Of a stretch of DNA of 64,000 bases, positions 56,602 to 64,000 are shown piece by piece. The DNA comes from Diplonema japonicum (lineage: Eukaryota > Protista > Euglenozoa: Diplonemea). How positions within the stretch are numbered: position 1 is the stretch's first letter; the number at the start of each line of letters is the position of its first letter. A program made the position numbers and the translations under genes. The DNA is taken from assembly GCA_964019335.1 (NCBI GenBank), contig OZ025725.1, positions 248,001-312,000 on the forward strand, read 5' to 3'. The notes beneath the pieces were generated by a model. The model ran no database searches. It was given only the letters and a program-made list of their open reading frames with translations, and was not told where the DNA came from.

Positions 56602-57124
56602 ATGATGATGCGATGCGCAATGCTGATGGCCATGGCAAGTGCTGCCCATGGTGTCAAGAAGACAGAGTTTACCACTTTCGCTGACGGTTCGCCGACAGGA
56701 GGGATCAGACAGTCTGCTGATGGCGAGGACGGGCTGGACAGCCCGGGTGACGTGTTCGTCTTCAGCCAAAAGCTATGGAACGCCGACAGGACCGTCGTGG
56801 TCGGGAACAACGCTGGGTACTGTATCAGAACTGACCCTGGTGCTCCGGACTTCAGCGACACGGACCACCCCACCCTCCCTGACGACGTCAACGAGAACTG
56901 GGGGCAATGCACTTGGACTCTCACTTTCAATGCCAATTCTGCCTACACCGCCGGATCCACCATCACCGTCTCTGGAAGGGAAGCCAGTAAAACTACCTCT
57001 TACGTTGCCATCGTGGGTGGTACTGTTGACTTCCTTGGTGCCACTGGTCAGCTGAAGACCACGCCTATGCGTTTCGACGGCTTTGATTACTTTGAGCAGG
57101 TCCTGACCACCTACCAGAGGGTGT

Positions 57125-57126
<2 letters not shown>
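56602..57126 (+). CDS. Secreted allene-oxide-cyclase/dirigent-like beta-barrel protein
   Basis: Signal peptide; SPGDVFVF..KL, G...GYC.RT, C..TL, ITVSG and AIVGGT..F.GA.G pattern. Confidence 0.7.
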
Positions 57127-57174
<48 letters not shown>

Positions 57175-57841
57175 TACTAGGACGAAGTTTTTTTACTTCG
57201 TTCTGAGGTACGGGTGGGGTCACCCCCCCCTCTCCGCCGCTTTCCTCCTCCCCCCCCTTCCTACCCCCATTTTTTCTCCGTCCCACTTTTTTTTGTATTT
57301 TTTTTGGCTTTTTTTGGAAAGAAAAAAAATTGGCCACAACTCTTTTTTAGTGAAAAGAAAAAAAAGTTTTTAAAACGTTGGATACGTTGGTGGAGGGGGG
57401 GCGGGGGGAAAGGCTAACCCGCTTGGAAGAGAGTAAGGATGGGGAACACAAACAGTATGATTTGAAAGACGGTGGTTAGAAAAAAAGAAAAGAAAAAAAA
57501 AAGAAGAAAAAAAAGGGTGAGGTGGGTTTAGAAAAGTAAAAGAAAAAAAAAGTTTCCCCTCTCTCTCTTTTTTTCTTTTGTCCGTCTTTCCTCTTTGCTG
57601 TTTTTTATCTCCATTTGTTAACACTGTCCTTGTTGGGTTGGCGCACGGCTCACCTCATGACTATGCCCTCCCCCCCGCCTCTTTGCGATTGGAAAACGAA
57701 AAAAAAAAAAGAAATTGTTCTCTCCTTCTTTGTGCCAGTATTTTTCTTTTTCCTTTTTTTTCATTTTCTCTTTTTTTTTTTTTTTTCCCCCTCCCGACCT
57801 CCCCCAGCTCCCTTGGTTCAGCCCCTTCATCGCTGGCAGAA

Positions 57842-57881
<40 letters not shown>

Positions 57882-58097
57882 TGATTGAGAAAAAAAAAGA
57901 AACTCATTTTTTTTTCTCCTTTTTTTTTTCGTGATGCCACCCCCCCTTCACCCTTTCGTTCACACCAAAAAAAAAATACCCACCCACACCCCTCCCCCTC
58001 TTTTTTTTTTTTCTTTGTCTGTTTGTGGTTGTTTCTCTCTTTCCCCAACAAAAAAAAAAAAAAAAAAAAGGCGACGACAACAAAAAAAAAAAAAAAA

Positions 58098-59900
58098 ATG
58101 ATTGTAAGACGCGTGAGCTCGACAGCAGCAACCAGGTTGTCTGGAAAACGGTTGGCATCTGGAACGTCCAAAGATGATCTCAAAGAAAAGGCCACCACGG
58201 AGGAGACCAGGATCTTGCAAATGTCAAAGGAGCAGATCTTCCAGGAGGTCGAACGAAAATTAACAAGCTGGGAGGAAATGAAAGCCGGCGCCGGCGAATG
58301 GTGGAAAGAAACAAAGGCTCACTACATAGGCGGCACCAAAGAACTCTGCCACAATGTAAAACAGTCCACAAAATATGGCCGTAAATCGCTCTACGGGCAT
58401 ATTCTAACCAGAAGGGAACGACGGCTCATTACACGAACACTGGGCGATGTTTTTAGAGTTATCCCGTTTTCCATGTTTGTCATCATACCGTTCATGGAAT
58501 TGCTTCTTCCTGTTGCTTTAAAACTGTTCCCAAACATGATGCCATCTACTTATGACGACCCGAAACGAACGAATTCGATTTACGCAAAACGGTTGTCGGC
58601 ACAAGTTGAGCTAACAAAACTTCTTCAAGATACATTGGAGGAAATGACAGTTACGATTCAAAAGCAATCGGCGTGTCGCGAGAAAAGAGATTCTGCGAGG
58701 AAACTCGCGGATTTTATCATTGCCTTGAAGGACCCGGAGTCTACTTATGTTTTGTCGTATGTGGAGCTTAAGCAGCTTCTCCCGCTTTTCAACTCGGATC
58801 TTGGTTTGAACAAGATGCATCGGAGGGAACTCATTGCAATGTGCAGGCTACTTGAAACACCACATGTCACCTTCGCTTCCGAAGAATCTCTTAGAATCGG
58901 TCTGAGAATGCACCTTCGACGATTAAAACAGGACGATATAGCAATTCAAAACGAAGGTATAACGTCACTTACCGACAAAGAGGTTGTCGCAGCTTGTAAA
59001 AGCCGCGCGATTAGGGTACAAGACCCACCGGATACAGTCAAACTTCGAAAGGAGCTGCAAGCTTGGATATCTTTGTCTAGACAACCCGGGGTGTCGAACT
59101 CTCTGATGGTCCTTTCCAGAGTCCTACCCATTGGAGGAATCCGTGAAGTTGCCAGAGCCGCCGCTGAAGATGCGGAACAAGAAAAAGTTCAACAAATTGA
59201 AAACACCGCGGAACAACGCGCTGTTGATGAAGAGCAAGACCACATCATCAAAGAAGTATACGCCAAGATATTAGCGGAAGAAGCGAAACAGGAGGGAACC
59301 CTGAACCTTCCCACGGGAACGCACGTTTTCATGATGACGCTGGGAGACGTTATTCTTCACAAGAAGCGGGACCGCATTATAAACAGCATTCAGAAGGACG
59401 CGGAGAATCTGCAAGATACCGCGGAAGAAATTCTCGAATTGATGGGCGACAACCTTGAGTACAAAGAGGAGGTCAAGGAGATGAAAGGTAAGTGTTCGGG
59501 TGCGATGGATAGTCTTGAGAAGAAGGTCGATAAGAGTATTAATAACTTAAAGTTAAAACTTCTTTCCGAGCAGGATGAGTTCATCGCCTCCTCAGCTATT
59601 AAATTACAGGGCAGCAAGGACCACATCGAACCCCTACCCTCGGAAGTTGGGGCAAAGCTGTCGTTTGTACAGGAAGTGACTTCTGCTCCCGGTTTATCGC
59701 CAGATGTTGGTTCGAAACTTCAGTACACCCCTGTTCCCTCCACAGACCCGTTCAACACTTCTTTAGACGAACCTGCCACATTGGACAAAATTCTGACGGC
59801 AGAGGAAGACGCCAGTGAGAGCGGGCAGAGCGTCGTTGCTGCCAAGAATATCTCTGAAGAAACTGAGAATGAGAAAGTTGAACAGGTCCGTCATATTTGA
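58098..59900 (+). CDS. LETM1: LETM1/Mdm38 mitochondrial inner-membrane protein
   Basis: LTRRERR...D.FR..PFS.F.IIPFMELLLPVALKLFPNMMPSTY; DD..I..EG; presequence-like N-terminus. Confidence 0.93.
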   Translation: MIVRRVSSTAATRLSGKRLASGTSKDDLKEKATTEETRILQMSKEQIFQEVERKLTSWEEMKAGAGEWWKETKAHYIGGTKELCHNVKQSTKYGRKSLYGHILTRRERRLITRTLGDVFRVIPFSMFVIIPFMELLLPVALKLFPNMMPSTYDDPKRTNSIYAKRLSAQVELTKLLQDTLEEMTVTIQKQSACREKRDSARKLADFIIALKDPESTYVLSYVELKQLLPLFNSDLGLNKMHRRELIAMCRLLETPHVTFASEESLRIGLRMHLRRLKQDDIAIQNEGITSLTDKEVVAACKSRAIRVQDPPDTVKLRKELQAWISLSRQPGVSNSLMVLSRVLPIGGIREVARAAAEDAEQEKVQQIENTAEQRAVDEEQDHIIKEVYAKILAEEAKQEGTLNLPTGTHVFMMTLGDVILHKKRDRIINSIQKDAENLQDTAEEILELMGDNLEYKEEVKEMKGKCSGAMDSLEKKVDKSINNLKLKLLSEQDEFIASSAIKLQGSKDHIEPLPSEVGAKLSFVQEVTSAPGLSPDVGSKLQYTPVPSTDPFNTSLDEPATLDKILTAEEDASESGQSVVAAKNISEETENEKVEQVRHI

Positions 59901-60069
59901 TTTTTTTTTTTGTTTTATATGGTTAGTATAGTCTTGATTTGTACTTTATTGTCAAAAAAAAGGGAGGGGGGGAAAGCAAAAAGAAGGACGAGAAAATAAG
60001 GATGGGGAAAAAAAAAAAAAAAAGAAAAAGAGATGAAAATAAAAGGAGGAATGGAAGGGGGGCAGAAGG

Positions 60070-60104
<35 letters not shown>

Positions 60105-60633
60105 GTAAAGGGGAAAAAAAAAAAAAAAAAAAAAAGAAGAGATACCTTCCCCTTTCCCCATTTTTTTTATTTTCCATTCTTATTTTTTTTTTAAATTATT
60201 TTTCCGCTTTTTATTTTATTTTTTGGTTTTCTCGTCTCATGAATGAGGCACTTTTATCCTTTTAAAAAAAAAAAAAAAAATCCCCACTTCTTTCGCTATC
60301 CATTTTCATCCTTTTTTTTTTTAAAAAAACATCTTTTTTATTTCTCCCTACTAACTGCACAATTCTTTTTACTTTCCGCGTATCTAGTTTTTCCGTTTTT
60401 TTTTCTTTTTTTTTTCTTTGTCCCCTTTTGTTACATAAACCCCTCACCCCCCTGTTGGCACCGCGTTTGCCTTTTATTGAAAAACTCAGAATAGAAGTTA
60501 GCTTAATGTTTACAACTGTGTGTCTGTAAAAAAAAAAAAAAAGAAAAAAAAAAAAAAGAGGAAAAATGTTCCAGAAGATGCCTAGAATTCACAGTGCATA
60601 CATATGACAACTACTTTGGGTCAAGTTAAAAAA

Positions 60634-61890
60634 TTACCTACGGTCGAGCGAGGTGTCCCACTGGCAGTTGTTCGTGCTGTTCAGACATTTCTCCTGCACA
60701 AAGATCGAGCCGCAGGGCTTCGGGTCGCACTTGCTGCCGTCCCACTTGCACAGCAGGTCGGGGTCGTTCTCACAGGCATTTTGGTCCGTGTACTCGCACA
60801 CTTTCCTCTCGCATGTCTCGCCGGGGGTCTTCCAGCCGCATGCCGCATCGGCGTCACAGCATTTCTTGTCGCAGCATTTCGCGCAGTGGGTCTCCTCGCA
60901 CGTCCCGTCGATCGACGACTGGACAGAAGCCCCGCAGATGACGGTTGCCCTCTGAAGCTTGCACTTGCTGCAGTCATAAAGCCCCTTGTACTGCTGCGGG
61001 ATTCCCTGACAGTTCAGCTCGGGGCACCCTGTTGCCGCAGGACAACTTGCCAGCCTCGGGGTCTTCCACTCGCACAGCGAGTCGGCGTTGCACTCGTCCT
61101 TGAAGCCCCACGTTGAGCATTGGTAATGCTTCGCGTCAACCGGGGGGATCAGGGTTTTTCCGAACTTCGAGTTGGGGTCGCAGAAGGGCTCCAGCACCTG
61201 CCCCGGAATCTCGTCCAGCATGAGGTTCATGAAGTGGTCGTCCTTCGGGTCTGTCACCAGAGGCTTCAACTTCGCCTCCGCATTGTCGTCCTGGAAGGTG
61301 TGGTAGGAGAACCTCCTCATCACGATCCCGAACACCACCACATCCTCGTCACGGAGCTTCTGCTGCGCGTCGTCCAGCATTCCGGGGTAGGTGGGCTTCC
61401 ACTGCGAGTCGCAGCCGCTGGGGCATCGTCCACAGGAGGTACCACTGCACGCGTCACCGTCGTAGTCAGTGAGACCACCGTCAGCGATAATTATTACCAC
61501 GTGCTTCCTGTGTGAAGGGGACTGGCTGGGGAGGAAGGTGTGGTCCGCCACGTCCAAAAGAGCATCGTGGAGGTAAGTCCAGTGCGACTGGTAGTTCGCC
61601 TCATGCCAGTCGATGTCTCCCATCAGCTCATTGAGGTTACCAGAGAGGAGACCGTCCGTGCACTTGCCCACTGCGCAGCCCGTGGGATGGTCCATCGCAG
61701 GCGTCGCCTCTGCCCTCGAGAACTGGATAAAAGTGAGACGGAATCCACCGCCCTTCACATTCGATGCGCCACCAACCGTGTGGTCCTCCCCCGTGAGGGG
61801 AAGCGTCTTCACCCAATCCCTCAATGTCTCCAGCAGCCCATAGAAGCCGTGCGGGTGGTGGTGCCACAAAGCCCGGTAAGACCGATCCAC
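60634..61890 (-). CDS. vWA-domain + Cys-rich repeat extracellular protein, incomplete (internal exon or truncated copy)
   Basis: FIQFS, VIIIADG and VFGI strands of a vWA fold, then repeated C-x-W modules. No ATG, signal peptide or DxSxS motif at the 5' end. Confidence 0.65.
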   Translation of the reverse strand: MDRSYRALWHHHPHGFYGLLETLRDWVKTLPLTGEDHTVGGASNVKGGGFRLTFIQFSRAEATPAMDHPTGCAVGKCTDGLLSGNLNELMGDIDWHEANYQSHWTYLHDALLDVADHTFLPSQSPSHRKHVVIIIADGGLTDYDGDACSGTSCGRCPSGCDSQWKPTYPGMLDDAQQKLRDEDVVVFGIVMRRFSYHTFQDDNAEAKLKPLVTDPKDDHFMNLMLDEIPGQVLEPFCDPNSKFGKTLIPPVDAKHYQCSTWGFKDECNADSLCEWKTPRLASCPAATGCPELNCQGIPQQYKGLYDCSKCKLQRATVICGASVQSSIDGTCEETHCAKCCDKKCCDADAACGWKTPGETCERKVCEYTDQNACENDPDLLCKWDGSKCDPKPCGSIFVQEKCLNSTNNCQWDTSLDRR

Positions 61891-61897
61891 CGATTCT

Positions 61898-61931
<34 letters not shown>

Positions 61932-62315
61932 GCTATACACTTTATACCTAAAGCTACCTTCTTTTTTTCCCCCCCCTTATTTTTATAGGGCGAAAAAAAG
62001 AAGAAAAAAAAAAGAAAAAAAAAAGGGTGTTATGGCAGAAACAAACACCAAATGGCTTGGGGTTTTTTAAATGTCTCTCTTTTTTTTTATTTTATTCCCC
62101 CATATCTCACCCACATATAGCGTGAGATTGGTTACTTCGGTAGGAACGAAATAATTACAGTACAAAAAAAAGAAGAAAAGAAAACAGCGAGGAAAAAAAA
62201 AGGGGGGGAGGGGAGAGGAGACGAATGACACCATTGTCAAAGAAAAAGAAAAAAGTGGTTTTTGCTCGTTTTAATTCTCTTTTTTCCCTCCCTTCTCCTC
62301 TTAGCTTGGTACGTC

Positions 62316-62349
<34 letters not shown>

Positions 62350-63125
62350 CAAAGAAGAAAAAGGGGAAAGTGCAAGAAAAAAGCAAAAAGAAATGTGCAG
62401 TTTAAAAAAAAAAAAAGAATTCCCTAACGTATTCGGAAGTAATGTTCAAAGGCGGGGGAAAGAAATGTTACTGGCGAATTTATATTTCTGAATACACTTC
62501 TAAAAAAAGAAGCTGCGATTGTGCACTTTTTTTTTTGAGGGAGCATGAAAATAAAAATAAAATATAGCGCGCAATTTTTTTCTTCTTCCTACTTCGCCCC
62601 CTTTCGTACCCTTTTTTTTTTTCTTTTTTTTTTTTTTATAGTTTGCTTTTTTTTTTTTTTTCCCTTCTTCTTTCCAGTTTTCCTTACTCTACCTTCCAAA
62701 GTCCTCCAACGGGAGAAACTAAGGGGGAAGGGGAGGGGGGGGGGGGGGGGGGGATCGATTTTCCTTCTTCTTCTTCTTCTTTTTTTTTATATGGTGAAAC
62801 ATGAAAAACATCTTGAGAGTTTGTCAAAAAAAAAAAGAAATACTAGGTAATTAAAAAAAGTTTTTTTTGTAACTGTTGCAATCTAAATAGTACCTTTTTG
62901 TTTTTGAAAAGAAGAAATGTCACCGTCGGCGATCGACTTTCAGGTCCTGGAGGACATCCAGGTCCCCCGTCCATGTGGTGCGAGCTCCTCTGGGCAAATA
63001 TCACAGGAAGCTGAAGAAGAAGCCCCAGTGCCCAGATCCTCCCTACCCCCCTTTCCGTTTTCACTTTTTTTTTCCCCCCTATTTTTTTCTCGCTTTTTTT
63101 TTTTCTTTTTCTTTTTTTTCTGTGC

Positions 63126-63158
<33 letters not shown>

Positions 63159-63173
63159 GGAACCCCTCCCCCC

Positions 63174-64000
63174 ATGCCCCCACATGAAATAGCATCAGCG
63201 GGGGTTATTGCCCTGTTGGCAGGGGTTGCAAATGTGTTCCAAACGGGTGTGAACACGGAGCTGAGCAGTGGGTTCGAAGAGGGCGCCGCCGCGTTACAGG
63301 CAGCTTTCGTGAATTTCTGTGTGGGGTTGTTGGTGGTGACAACGCTGGCATGCGTGCAAAAACCCGGTCTAGACCAGTGCGAGCTGTTCACAGCCGCGAA
63401 CAACGCGAAATGGTACTCGTACCTCGGTGGGACATGCGGTGCCGCTTACGTTTCATGCTCCATCTTTCTAAGCAAAAAGCTCGGCATTGCCTTATACTAT
63501 GTTATCATGGTCACGGGCACCCTCCTCCTCTCCCTCGCCATCGACTACCGAGGTTTTTTAGACCTTCAAAAAAAACCAATCTCCGGGCAAAAAATTGTGT
63601 CGACCTGCTTCCTTGTAGCAGGCTGTATCATGGTCCAGGACATTGGGTCATCTGACGACTCGACAGGCCTCTCCACAGGGCTTAAGGTATTATACTCAAT
63701 ACTTGTATTTTTCTCGGGTTTCCTGCTTCCTATCCAAGCTGGTTTGAACCGGTCGATTCAAAATGTGGCAGGGACACCTCTACGAGCGGCAGTGGTTTCG
63801 TTTTACGTTGGGTGTATGACACTTGCTGTGATATGTGTGGTGGTGTACGCAACTTATGAACCTACAAAACTGACTGGTTCCGTCTGGTGGTCGTGGTCCG
63901 GGGGATTTCTCGGAGCATTTTTTGTGTCGGCTGCTATTTTTTCCGTGCCCGTTATTGGGGCAGGGTGGTACTACTGCATTATGATCGCTGCGCAGCTGTC
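63174..64000 (+). CDS. DMT superfamily (YdcZ-like) transporter, runs off the window end
   Basis: Two repeats of Q.G.N...AA.V.F.VG...W....GG..GA. A possible upstream exon from 62917 was not resolved. Confidence 0.8.
   Translation, partial: MPPHEIASAGVIALLAGVANVFQTGVNTELSSGFEEGAAALQAAFVNFCVGLLVVTTLACVQKPGLDQCELFTAANNAKWYSYLGGTCGAAYVSCSIFLSKKLGIALYYVIMVTGTLLLSLAIDYRGFLDLQKKPISGQKIVSTCFLVAGCIMVQDIGSSDDSTGLSTGLKVLYSILVFFSGFLLPIQAGLNRSIQNVAGTPLRAAVVSFYVGCMTLAVICVVVYATYEPTKLTGSVWWSWSGGFLGAFFVSAAIFSVPVIGAGWYYCIMIAAQL

Overview
Eukaryotic nuclear DNA, most consistent with a euglenozoan, probably a diplonemid. The basis is a paraflagellar-rod-family gene, Fe-SODs, a ~60 kb run of co-oriented genes and short GT-AG introns; the taxon is an inference. 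Spacers and introns are filled with long homopolymers. The first ~20 kb is a transposon-rich, partly duplicated region. It holds two near-identical copies each of an Fe-SOD gene and a coiled-coil gene, a decayed intron-containing pogo-like transposon, MITE-like elements and a Crypton-like recombinase relic. It also holds a 6.3 kb non-LTR retrotransposon (ORF1, 2A-like peptide, APE-RT-CCHC) inside the poly(T) tract of one SOD intron. The three related retroelement insertions in the window all sit in T-tracts on their own sense strand and end in T rather than A; two lie in host introns. The rest is a + strand gene array: PFR-like, RRM-YTH, S1P lyase, tandem M28 peptidase, a five-module RNA-end-processing-like fusion, an apparently inactive lipoxygenase, DUSP-ASCH, RBX1, a degenerate receptor cyclase, Hsp70-PDZ, an AOC/dirigent-like barrel, LETM1 and a DMT transporter. 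One vWA fragment lies on the minus strand. No rRNA, tRNA or CRISPR was recognised. All domain calls are by eye from motifs; no database search was run.
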